Of a stretch of DNA of 64,000 bases, positions 42,500 to 64,000 are shown one piece after another. The stretch is taken from assembly GCF_009914755.1 (NCBI RefSeq), contig NC_060927.1; one strand, given 5' to 3'. How positions within the stretch are numbered: the first letter of the stretch is position 1; every line of letters begins with the position of its first letter. The notes beneath the pieces are model-generated. The model saw nothing but the letters and a program-made list of their open reading frames with translations. It was not told the origin of the DNA and made no database searches. Source of the stretch: the human T2T-CHM13v2.0 reference genome, Homo sapiens. A program made the position numbers and the translations under genes.

Positions 42500-45420
42500 T
42501 GCTTTGGGTAACTCTTACATTGAGAGGTACATCTGTCACCTTCTTAATCAATATGGAGGCTACCCACTCCACATTACCTTCTTTTCAAGGGCGTGTTTCC
42601 CTTGCCTCCATAACTGTTGTGGGTACTGACGTCTGGGCTTCTAAATCTCTTAAAACTCCCCAACTCTGATGCCAACTTGGACAATATTCTTTTATGCACT
42701 CCTTTTTAGTTATCCCCACCTTCCCAGCTCCCTTATTAGACTGACACATCTTAAGCAAATTATCTGCTTCCCTGATGCCACCCTTCTTCCCAACCCAAAG
42801 CCTCCTTCACATCTTCCTCTCATATCCCCCTACTTCTACTACCTCCCTGGCAACTGATCACATGTCCATTACTATCCCATTAAACCCTAATCACCATTAC
42901 CTTGCTCAACACCAGTATCCTATCCCACAACAGGCTTTAAGGGGATTAAAGCCTGTTATCACTCACCTGCTACAGCATGGGCTTCTAAAACTTATAAACT
43001 CTCCTTACAATTCCCCCATTTTACCTATTCAAAAACCAGACAAGTCTTACAGGTTAGTTCAAGATCTGCGCCTTATCAACCAAACTGTTTTGCCTATCCA
43101 CCCTCTGGTGCCCAACCCGTACACTCTTTTGCCCTCAATACCTTCCTCCACAACTCACTATTCCATTCTTGATCTTAACGATGGTTTTTTCACTATTCCA
43201 CTGCACCCCTCATCCCAGCCTCTCTTTGCCTTTACCCTGACACCCATCAGTCCCTGCAAATTACCTGGGCTGTACTGCTGCAAGGCTTCAGGGACAGCCC
43301 TCATTACTTCAGCCAAGCTCTTTCTCATGATTTACTTTCTTTCCACTCCTCCACTTCTCACCTTATTCAATATGTTGATGACCTACTTTGTAGCCCTGCC
43401 TTTGAATCTTCTCAAAAAGACACCCTCCTGCTCCTTCAACATTTATTCTCCATGGGATATCAAGTATCTCCTTCCAAAGCTCAAATTTCTTCTCCATCCA
43501 TTACCTAACTTGGCATAGTTCTTCATGAAAACCCACGTGCTCTCCCTGCTGATCATGACCAACTGATCTCTCAGACCCCAACCCCTTCTACAAAACAACA
43601 GCTCCTTTCCTTCCTGGGCATGATTGGATACTTTCACCTTTGGATACCTGCTTTTGCCATCCTAACAAAACCATCACATAAACTCACAAAAGGAAATTTA
43701 GCTGACCCCATAGATCCTAAATCCTTTGCCCACTCCTCTTTCCGTTCCTTGAAGACAGCTTTAGAGACTGCTCCCACACTAGCTCTCCCTGACTCATCCC
43801 AACCCTTTTCATTACACACAGCCAAAGTGCAGGGCTGTGCAGTTGGAATTCTTACACAAGGACCAGGACCACACCTTGTAGCCTTTTTGTCCAAACAACT
43901 TGACCTTACTGTTTTAGGCTGGCCATCATGCCTCCGTGCGGCAGCTGCTACTGCCATAACACTTTTAGAGGCCCTCAAAATCACAAACTATTCTCAACAC
44001 ACTCTCTACAATTCTCATAACTTCCAAAATCTATTTTCTTCCTCACACCTGGTGCGTATGCTTTCTGCTACCCGGCTCCTTCAGCTATACTCACCCTTTG
44101 TTGAGTCTCCCACAATTACTATTGTTCCTGGCCTGGACTTCAATCCAGCCTCCCACATTATTCTGAATACCACACTTGACCCCCATGACTGTATCTCTCT
44201 GATCCACTTGACATTCATTCCATTTCCCCATATTTCCTTCTTTCCTGTTCCTCACCCTGATCACACTTGGTTTATCGATGGCAGTTCCACCAGGCCAAAT
44301 CACCACTCACCAGCAAAGGCAGGCTATGCTATAGTATCTTCCACATCTATCATTGAGGCTACCGCTCTGCCCCCCTCCACTCCCTCTCCGCAAGCCGAAC
44401 TCATTGCCTTAACTAGAGCCCTCACTCTTGCAAAGGGACTACACATCAGTATTTATACTGACTCTGAATATTCCGTCCATATCCTGCACTACCATGCTGT
44501 TATATGGGCAGAAAGAGGTTGCCTCACTATGCAAAGGTCCTCCATCATTAATGCCTCTTTAATGAAAACTCTTCTCAAGGCTGCTTTACTTCCAAAGGAA
44601 GCTGGAGTCATATACTGCAAGGGCCATCAAAAGGCATCAGATCCCATCGCTCAGGACAGTGCTTAGGCTGATAAGGTAGCTAAAGAAGCAGCTAGTGTTC
44701 CAACTTCTGTCCTTCAGTGCCAGTTTTTCTCTTTCTCACTGGTCACTCCCACCTATTCCCCCACTGAAACGTTCACCTATCAATCTCTTCCCACACAAGG
44801 CAAATGGTTCTTGGACCAAGGAAAATATCTCCTTCCAGCCTCACAGGCCCATTCTATTCTGTCGTCATTTCAAAACCTCTTCCATTTAGGTTACAAGCCA
44901 CTAGCCCGCCTCTTAGAACCTCTCATTTGCTTTCCATCATGGAAATCTATCCTCAAGGAAATCACTTCTCAGTGTTCCATCTGCTCTTCTACTACTCCTC
45001 AGGGATTACTCAGGCCCCCTCCCTTCCCTACACATCAGGCTCAGGGATTTGCCCCTGCCCAGGACTGGCAAATTGACTTTACTCACATGCCATGAGTCAG
45101 GAAACTGAAATACCTCTTGGTCTGGGTAGACACTTTCACTGGATGGGTAAAGGCCTTTCCCTCAGGGTCTGAGAAGTCCACTGCGGTCATTTCTTCCCTT
45201 CTGTCAGACATAATTCTTCAGTTTGGGCTTCCCACCTCTATACAGTCCAATAACGGACCGGCCTTTATTAGTCAAATCACCCAAGCAGTTTCTCAGTCTC
45301 TTGGTATTCAGTAGAACCTTCATACCCCTTACCAACCTCAATCTTTAGGAAAGATAGAACGGACTAATGATCTTTTAAAAGCACACCTCACCAAGCTCAG
45401 CCTCCAACTTAAAAAGGAGG
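42500..45420 (+). pseudogene. HERV-H pro-pol remnants (protease, RT, RNase H, integrase), frameshifted
   Basis: SPYNSPILPIQKPDKSYRLVQDLRLIN, LDLNDGFF, YVDD (tatgttgatgac at about 43371), WFIDGS/QAELIAL/YTDS, WQIDFTHM; several stops. Confidence 0.9.
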
Positions 45421-46507
45421 ACTCTGTCAAGGATAGAGCCCAAAAACTCACCAACCAAGCAAGTAATTACACTGAACCCCTTGGACACTCTCTAATTGGA
45501 TGTCCTGGGTCCTCCCAATTCTTAGTCCTTTAATACCTGTTTTCCTCTTTCTCCTTGTGTCTTCTGTCTAGTTTCTCAATTCATACAAAACTGTATCCAG
45601 GCCATCACCAACCATTCTATACAACCAATGTCACTTCTAACAACCCCACAATATCACCCCTTACCACAAAATCTTCCTTCAGCTAAATCTCTCCCACTCT
45701 AGGCTCCCACATTGCCCCTAATCCCACTCGAAGCTGCCCTGAGAAACATTGACCATTATCTCTCCATACCACCCCCCCAAAATTTTTGCTGCTCTAACAC
45801 TTCAACATTAGTTTATGTTATTTTTCTTATTAATATAAGAAGACAGGAATGTCAGGCCTCTGAGCCCAAGCTAAGCCATCATATCCCCTGTGACCTGCAC
45901 ATATAGAATCAGATGGCCTGAAGCAAGTGAAGAATCACCAAAGAAGTGAAAATGGCCTGTTCCTGCCTTAACTGATGACTTTACCTTGTGAAATTACTTC
46001 CCCTGGCTCAGAAGCTCCCCCATTGAGCACCTTGTGACCCCTGCCCCTGTCCGCCAGAGAACAACCCTTTTGACTGTAATTTTCCACTACCTACCCAAAT
46101 CCTATAAAATGGCCCCACACCTATCTTCCTTCACTGACTCTCTTTTTGAACTCAGCCTGCCTGCACCTAGGTGATTAAAAAGCTTTATTGCTCACACAAA
46201 GCCTGTTTGGTAGTCACTTCACACAGATGAGTGTGACAGTAAAATAATCAGACTGGGCCCAATAAACATTCATTGCATATGTATACAAGAAAATAATAAA
46301 TGTACAGAGAACTAACTGATAACTCTCCCATTTAGAAGAAAGACTAACACGAAACCAGATAAATACATAAAACAGCAGAAGAAAACTACACCTGCCACCT
46401 AAAACTAACCCAGTTTTGCTGTTTATATATGAAAACACAACGAAAAAATCATCAGAAATATGGAAGAAAACAGCTATTAGTAACATGAAAAAGACCAAGA
46501 AAACTGA

Positions 46508-49450
<2,943 letters not shown>

Positions 49451-49727
49451 TCAACAGATGCTGAGAATAAGCATCACATTAACTATACAACTCCATTCAG
49501 AATAACAAAACAGTTTAAGTCTCCCTCTCTCCCTCTTCTGTTTGCAGAAGCTCAGAAACCAGGATTCTAGCCCTTAAAATAAAACCTAAAAACTGCTCCC
49601 TAAAGATAGGGATAACATCATGAGGGAAGGTTCCCTCTGTGGATCTGGGATGACAAAGAGCAGGACTTCCAGTCACTCCAAATTTCATCTCACTTAAAGT
49701 TTGGGAGAAAGCCGATAAAGCAACTAG

Positions 49728-50034
<307 letters not shown>

Positions 50035-50513
50035 TAGAAAGAGTTATTTTCAAAGATAAATACTCTCCCCCCTTACCTTGGCATTGCCCTTGCACAATTT
50101 TCACATAGGCACCTAAATAGAAGCCTGGTTATTGATACATGTGCCCAGTTATAGGACTGATAACAATTTTCTGAATTAAGAGAAAGTCCTGTTGGGGAAA
50201 CAGATGTAAACAAAAGCAAAAGAACCCATGCCAACTACCTAGTTTACCCAGCTTACTTAGGACTTTCTTCAAAACATATAAACTAACAATCAAAGATCGC
50301 CAGATATTTGCATACAGTTAATAGCATGGAAGAAATAAACAAGAATGACCCAAAAGAAAATAGAGGTAATTGAAGACACAGAAGAAAACATTTTAAAATC
50401 TGTAGCTAATATCCTAAACAAATTTGAGAGGCTCTGCCATCCATAAAAAAAAAAAGTAGGCTGCAATGAAAAGAAAAAAATTGAGAACTAAAGTATGATT
50501 GAAATAAGAAGTT

Positions 50514-50720
50514 ATAAGTGCAATGTGGTGCTGAGAAGAATGTATATTCTGTTGATTTGGGGTGGAGAGTTCTGTAGATGTCTATTAGGTCTGCTTGGTG
50601 CAGAGCTCAGTTCAATTCCTGGATATCCTTGTTAACTTTCTGTCTCGCTGATCTGTCTAATGTTGACAATGGGGTGTTAAAGTCTCCCATTATTATTGTG
50701 TGGGAGTCTAAGTCTCTTTT
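50514..50720 (-). mobile_element. Short L1PA ORF2 (endonuclease-region) fragment
   Basis: Reverse complement aligns to about 54267-54468 of the full-length L1. Confidence 0.88.
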
Positions 50721-51883
50721 ATGCAGCCAATAAACATATGATGTAATTTCACTCAAAAGCACAAACTGTTGTTTTTTAGAATTTTATGTTGTTTATAAAG
50801 ACTATTTAGAACAATAAACAATAATGTTTAGAAACAGAATATAAATGAAAATAACTTTTTAAGTCTAAAGATTATATTTTAGTTCTCTAATTTTCCTTTT
50901 CCATAGCAGCCTATTTTTGTTTTATGCGTGCCAGATCTGCTCACATTTATTTTATTTAGTATATTAGTTACAATTTTTAAAAGATACCTTCCATGACTTC
51001 AATTACTTCTATTTCCTTTGAGGTTATTTGCTCTATACATTTCTCTTATTCATTTCTTCCATGTTCCTGATTTTATGAAAATATCTGGTAGCAAGTATCT
51101 GGTTGTTAGTTACATTTTTCAGATATTAAAAATGTGCCAGAGAAATAAAAACATTGCAAGCATGGCACAGTAACAGAATAACAGTTCATGGAACATGTGT
51201 TTATCAGGCTCCAGGATTCTCATGGACCAATGTCTCTAAATTGCTCTGGAGAAACAGGCACTCACTAAGCAGGAGATTCCTAGAATACATCGCTGCTGTC
51301 CTTAAAGTCTCAGTAAGGGCCAGGACCAAGAATCATTCTCATCAACATTTAAGCTAAGCAGACAATATTAGGCAGTGCCACACCACAATAGGAACCTTAA
51401 TATATTGAAGCCAGACCCGAAACCTGGACAGTTAGCTACATAGGTTCACTTCTGTCATTTTTATAAACTCACAATCAATGTCACCTACTTTTATAAAATT
51501 GAGTATTTCGTACCCCACTTACCACATTTGGCAGGATTTTACTATATTGATACATTATTGGGATGGGAGAGACATTCCTTTATACCACACTAAAGACAAA
51601 ATTGAAAAGAAAAATACAAAAACAGATTTGGCTCATAAATAGCAAAAATGTCTGCATCCAAAAACACAATCTGTACTAGTAAAAATCAAGGTGCAAAGTA
51701 GGAAAAAAGATGCCACTTACATGAAAGAAATTTAATACTTTTAATATATACAGAAAATATACAAATCTATAAGAAAAAAAGCTCTACTAAAAAAATAAAC
51801 TAACAACATAATTAGGCATTTCATAAAAGAGGGAAAAAAAGACTAATAAGGGTATTTTAAGAAGTTGAAAGAAACGAGAAAGG

Positions 51884-57900
<6,017 letters not shown>

Positions 57901-58518
57901 GAAAGGCAAAGAAAATTCTGCAGGCAATTGTCATTACCATTATTTTAATTTGGAGTATTGAACAGTTCAGATGGAGGACGAAAGATAATCATCTAGTCTG
58001 ACAATCAAAATATATATTTTAAGTTGGCTATATCTACAGATATTCAATTTTACACTGATGAATATGCACAATGGGCAGAATTTGCTTAACAGAACTGACC
58101 ATATATTGAACACTTGGTTTACTATTTGACTCTATCCTGACTATATAACAGAAGATTTAAAAAGATCAATTCCCATGGTTTTGCTTTAATGTAAATAGAC
58201 TGAATTATAATCAGAAGAAAGTTTCCATCCATGATAGTAAATAAATGGTCTCAGTGAAATGAAGATTCAGAAGCACTTATTTTAATAATTTTCATAATGC
58301 TATTCAAAGGTATCTACAAATATACAGCGGTAGGATAGTAGTATCTTTTATTGGTATCTTTCAATTTTGCTAATTTTTATGGGAAACTTTTGGTTATACT
58401 CTAGAAAGAATAATAATTTAACTCATCTTTGGTTCTCAAGAATTTTATAAGGTGCAGCAATTTTACTATTAAATTGTGTATTTTCAAAGAAAAAAAGAAA
58501 TAAACATAAACATTTATC

Positions 58519-58730
<212 letters not shown>

Positions 58731-59812
58731 ATCAGAATTCTTTCAAGCCTCACAAGATAGTGGATACACAAGGGTACATTAACATTTGTGACTGAATTTT
58801 GTGGTCTTCTTACCCTCACTTTGTGATCCAGAGATTCCAGTATTTGCCAAGTTTTTTAAAGCATTTTGGGCAAGTCTCACATCAAACTAATACATCCACT
58901 CCATCCACTCCCTCTACCTCACTAAAAAATCTTTACTATGCTTGCATTAACAAAGATTTAAAATGAAGTTAATGTCCAACTTTGGCAAAGATGAGAGGAA
59001 CAAGACACCCTTTAAATCTACCTTCAAAAGCAGGTTCCCAGGAGGAAATTTAACAATATGTATCCCAAACCTTCAAAATAGGCACACTATATAGACATTC
59101 AGCTAACAATTCTATTTCTAGAAAATTAACCTGAGGAAATAAACATGAATATATATATATGAAGAAATATATATGAATATGTTCATTACAATATAATTGA
59201 TATAAGCAAAACATTGGAAATAATCTAAAAGTCCGAAAATATAGTTTTGGTTAAATATATTATAATAAGCACATATAAAGGAAAATTATGTATCTATTTT
59301 AAAGGGTGATATAGACTTTAACTTACTGATACAAAAACAATCATCATAGTTTTATGATATGAAACATCAAGTTACAAAAATTATATAGAGCACAATTCCA
59401 TGTATTTTCATTTCTAAGAATATATATGTGTGGACAAAAGCTTAGAAGAACATAGAGCAAAATGTTACATTGGTCTCTGGTCAGTGGTACTACAGATGCA
59501 TTTTTTATTGCATATCTGTATTTTCAAATTAGATTGCATTAAACATGGCTTTCTTGAATAGTTTTAAAATATTAGAGAATCACTGGCTTACAGCTAGCAG
59601 TGTAAGCCAGGGAAAGTTATACAATGAGACCCAAAGGTCTAAATTCCAAGGTTAATAATGGATTGTATGTTTCAAAACAACTAAAAGAGGACTTCATATG
59701 TTCTCAACACAAAGAAATGATAAATATTTGAAGTGATGGATATGCTAATTTGCACGATTTGATCGTTTCACAATGTATAAAAATATCAAAACACTACATT
59801 GTACCCTATAAA

Positions 59813-60269
<457 letters not shown>

Positions 60270-60690
60270 TTATCACCCAACCCCCCTAAATTATTATTTT
60301 TACTTATATGTTTTTGTAAGATATATGTAAAATAAAACCTAATAAAACAGGAATATTTAGGTAAAAAGAATTTGTGTCATCTAACAGAACAAGGGTCAAG
60401 ACTTTTTTTCATCGCAAAGGTTGTTTTCTTTTAGATTAATGCAATGTTAATCTCAATCAAAGCTTAATAATGTAAAGATAGTTTAGGTCTTGCTAATGTC
60501 AAACATCATCCTGCCCTTTTTGATTCACTGAATAATGATATGAAACCCAATCCTACATTTGATAAAATTCCAACATCTGTCAAAACCTCTGCATTCCTTC
60601 ATTCTTGTGGATAGTCACTGTTGGTTTTGTAGATTAGCTTTCACTAACCTCTTCCTCACTTGCATCTTATGAGACTCTTTTCTTTGTACT

Positions 60691-61066
60691 TGATATGGTT
60701 TGGCTCTGTGTCCCCATCCAAATCTCATCTTTAATTGAACTCCCATAATTGCCACATGTTGTGGGAGGCAACTGGTGGGAGAAAATTGAATCACTGGGGT
60801 GGTTTCCCCCATACTGTTCTCATGGTGGTGAATAAGTCTCATGAAGTCTGATGGTTTTATCAGGGGTTTCTGCTTTTGCGTCTTCCTCATTCTCTCTTTG
60901 CCTGCTGCCATTCATATAAGATGGGACTTGCTCTTCCTTGCCTTCCACTGTGATTGTGAGGCTTCCCCAGCCACATGGAACTGAAAGTCCAGTTATACCT
61001 CTTTCTTTGGTAAACTGCCCAGACTCGGGTACGTCTTTATCAGCAGCATGAAAACAGACTAATGGA
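60691..61066 (+). mobile_element. THE1 solo LTR
   Basis: tgatatggtttggctctgtgtcccc...gaaaacagactaat; TSD gtact/gtacg. Confidence 0.88.
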
Positions 61067-61197
61067 GTACGTAATCAATTTAGATGTGAAAATTGACACT
61101 TTTTGAAAACACTAGAGGCAGAGGAATTCAGGGTTCAGTTGTTTATATTTAAGCAACTTTTGTAATTTAAAGTTGAAACTTAGAAATGCCACTTTTA

Positions 61198-61470
61198 CTG
61201 GGTGCAGTGGCTCACATCTGTAATCTCAGCACTTTGGGAGGCTGAGGTAGAAGGATCCGTTGAGCTCAGGAGTTGGAGACCAGCCTAGGCAACATGGCCA
61301 AAATTAGCTGGGCATGGTAGCTCAAGCCTGTAGTCACAGCTATTCAGGAGCTGAGGCAGGAGGATTGCTTGAGCCCAGAAGGTCGAGGCTGCGATGAGCT
61401 GTGATCACACCACTGCACTCCAACCTGGGGGACAGAGCAAGACTCTTTCTCAAAATAACAACAACCAAAA
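61198..61470 (+). mobile_element. Alu (AluJ-like, linker deleted)
   Basis: Alu motifs. Confidence 0.85.
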
Positions 61471-61714
61471 AAAGGAATTTAAAAATAATAAAAGAAAGAA
61501 AAAAGAAATGCCCATTCCTAAAAGTCTTTACCCACCTCACATCTAGTAATTTCTCACTGGAGACCTTCTCCACAAGCTGCATTCTCTTGCCATGGTGCTC
61601 AGCTTTCTTTCTCCCTTCTCTGACATTTCCTCTTCTCTTGCCCTAATTGCCACCTCTGGCCATTCTGCAAAAATTTGTTCACTTATCTATCTTCTCTATC
61701 TCATTAAAAACTAG

Positions 61715-61880
61715 ATTGTCTCAAACTTTAAATGTGGATAGAAATTACCTGAAAGTCTTGTTTAAATGCATATTCTGGATGAGTACATCCAGGGTAGGGC
61801 CAGATATATTTCATTTTTAGTTAAGTCCCCAGGTAAACCTGATGCTGATGTTCCACGGACCATACTGGAATAGCAAAGTT
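61715..61880. mobile_element. MER5A-like hAT MITE
   Basis: tctcaaacttt...ccccaggt...tgatgctg...ggaccatact motifs. Confidence 0.6.
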
Positions 61881-62242
61881 ATAGACCATGTTTCAGGGAC
61901 TTCACTTTCCAAAACTCAAGCTTCTTTTCAAGGTAATTTCTAATGTAACAACAGTTCTCACCATAGGAGTAATTTCAATATCAGCTGTTACCATATTTTT
62001 TCGTTCTGCTACATTAATAGCCAACTCAGTGTAATAATACTAAGTAACTACCAGCTGGTGTGTTAGCAGGCATAGTAAATTATGCCCTCCCTCTATCACA
62101 AAGTTTATTCAGATAATTAAAACAACCACACACTTTGTAATATATATTACCAAAGGTTAAATAGGCAATAAGTATTTATACTTCTCTTAGAGGAAAATAC
62201 ATTAATTTCAACCTTAAGAGAAAATGTTTCTAACAGACATAG

Positions 62243-62612
<370 letters not shown>

Positions 62613-62666
62613 TGCGTTTGTCACTTTTAAGCTGAGGCAGTTAAAAACAAGTACACCACCTCCATT

Positions 62667-62702
<36 letters not shown>

Positions 62703-63399
62703 AGGAACTTTGGATGCTATGTGTTCCAGATGGTATAACTAAAGATGAAAGAGATTTATGCAAACCACACTGAACTTTATATGGTTAAGAAATAATCTCT
62801 TATTTTGCCAAGCCATCAAGATTTAGAAATTTGAAAATCAATTTGGAGATTTGAGGATTAATGTGTTATCACTTCATAGACCATCTTATCTTAACTAATA
62901 TAAAGGTATGAAACATTTAAACTAATACCTGTAACAGAGGTTATTCAATAATGTGCTTGTTTCTTTGTTAATAATAAAAATCAGAGGGCTCTAATAAAAG
63001 CAAAAACACATAGATAAAATAGAGTTGTTCAGGTTTATTCCTTGAATAAAATAACCAATAAAACAAAAGGGCAAAAGAAAAAAAAACAAAGGCGGTTTTT
63101 TAAATATTAGAGACTAGCTATTGAGAAAAAAAAAACACTTTTCTAAATTATCCTTTAAATGGAAAAATTAAGACCCTGCAAAGCTTTATGATAGTTCAAT
63201 TCATGATTCTAAAAAAGGGAAACAAAATCATAAAGTATGTTAAAACTTGAATAGTCTTTGGATAGATCACCTGGCATGACTGGGAGGATGACAAAGAGGA
63301 ATTGTCTTTCAAACAGAAGGACCAGCATGTGAAAAGGCCATAGGGGAGAAGGGACAGAGAATGGTCCATTTTGAGAGGAGAAGCAGGGAAAGGTCAGTT

Positions 63400-63832
63400 G
63401 TAGGAAGAGATAAGGCTGGAATCCCCTAGATTTTGAGCTTTGCATGCCAAATTCAGATTGCAGAAACAGTGATAGGAGACAAAAAGCAGCAGCTGATGCT
63501 TTTAAAATTGATTTTATAGAAGCAAATTGCCATGTTATGGTGAGGGCCACATGGCGGGAATGGTGAGAGGTCTCAGGAGCTGAGGGCCTCAATCCTACAC
63601 TTGTGAGGAACTGAATTCTCCCAACAATCAGGAAGCCTGGAAGTGGACTTCAAGCTTCAAATGAGATCTCAACCATGACCAACCCATTGATTTTAGCCTT
63701 GTGAGATTCTGAGCAACTTAACTGGATTTGTGCCTGGACTTTTGACCTATGCAACTGTGAGATAATAAATTGTGTTTTCCTAAGCTGTTAAATTTTTGGT
63801 AATGTGTTACAAAGCAATAGAAAATGAATACA
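63400..63832 (+). mobile_element. MLT1-type LTR
   Basis: Ends gagataataaat...tgttacaaagcaatagaaaatgaataca; left edge approximate. Confidence 0.65.
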
Positions 63833-64000
63833 AAAAGAGATAGCATAATTTTTAATCAGGCTGAATGTGGTAATATTGCTGCTTTCATTCCATTTGCTAG
63901 CTAGGGCTGCCAGCTTCCGTTCTAACAGTTGGCTTGGTTGGCTAATGCCATCCTAGACCAATCTTGGCACACACCAAATAACATTGAAAAGCCAGACATT

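Larger units (their letters stand above)
40222..46238 (+). mobile_element. HERV-H provirus (LTR7-family LTRs 40222-40609 and 45850-46238), defective, env largely deleted
   Basis: TGTCAGGCCTCTGAGCCCAAG...TGACA LTRs; PBS 40612-40630; PPT before 45850; TSD gtaat/gtaaa; about 34 differences between the 388/389-bp LTRs by manual count. Confidence 0.95.

Noticed and set aside
43620-44666. 348-aa HERV-H pol ORF as a domesticated gene
   Set aside because: Partial RT-connection/RNase H only, flanked by frameshifts and stops; no evidence of selection can be read here

Overview
Primate, most likely human, genomic DNA covering the 5' half of PROS1 (vitamin K-dependent protein S) on the minus strand. Exons 2-8 (propeptide/Gla, 25-nt aromatic-stack microexon, thrombin-sensitive region, EGF1-4) all have canonical GT-AG boundaries and an intact frame that matches the human protein as I recall it. 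Exon 1 lies beyond base 64000 and exon 9 onward lies below base 1. An in-frame 96-nt cassette exon sits in intron 1. The rest is intronic and rich in repeats: an HSPE1 processed pseudogene, a 6.0-kb HERV-H provirus with a Phe-type PBS, solo LTR12, MER52 and LTR15-like LTRs, nested MaLRs, a full-length L1PA with a tail-less 2.9-kb local copy, about 25 Alus and a 173-bp tandem duplication. I see no convincing new gene or system. The best leads are the templated-looking L1 copy, the cassette exon, a candidate poison exon giving Gla plus a hydrophobic tail, and transposon promoters oriented into PROS1. Repeat subfamily names are by eye from remembered consensus sequences and need RepeatMasker/Dfam confirmation.
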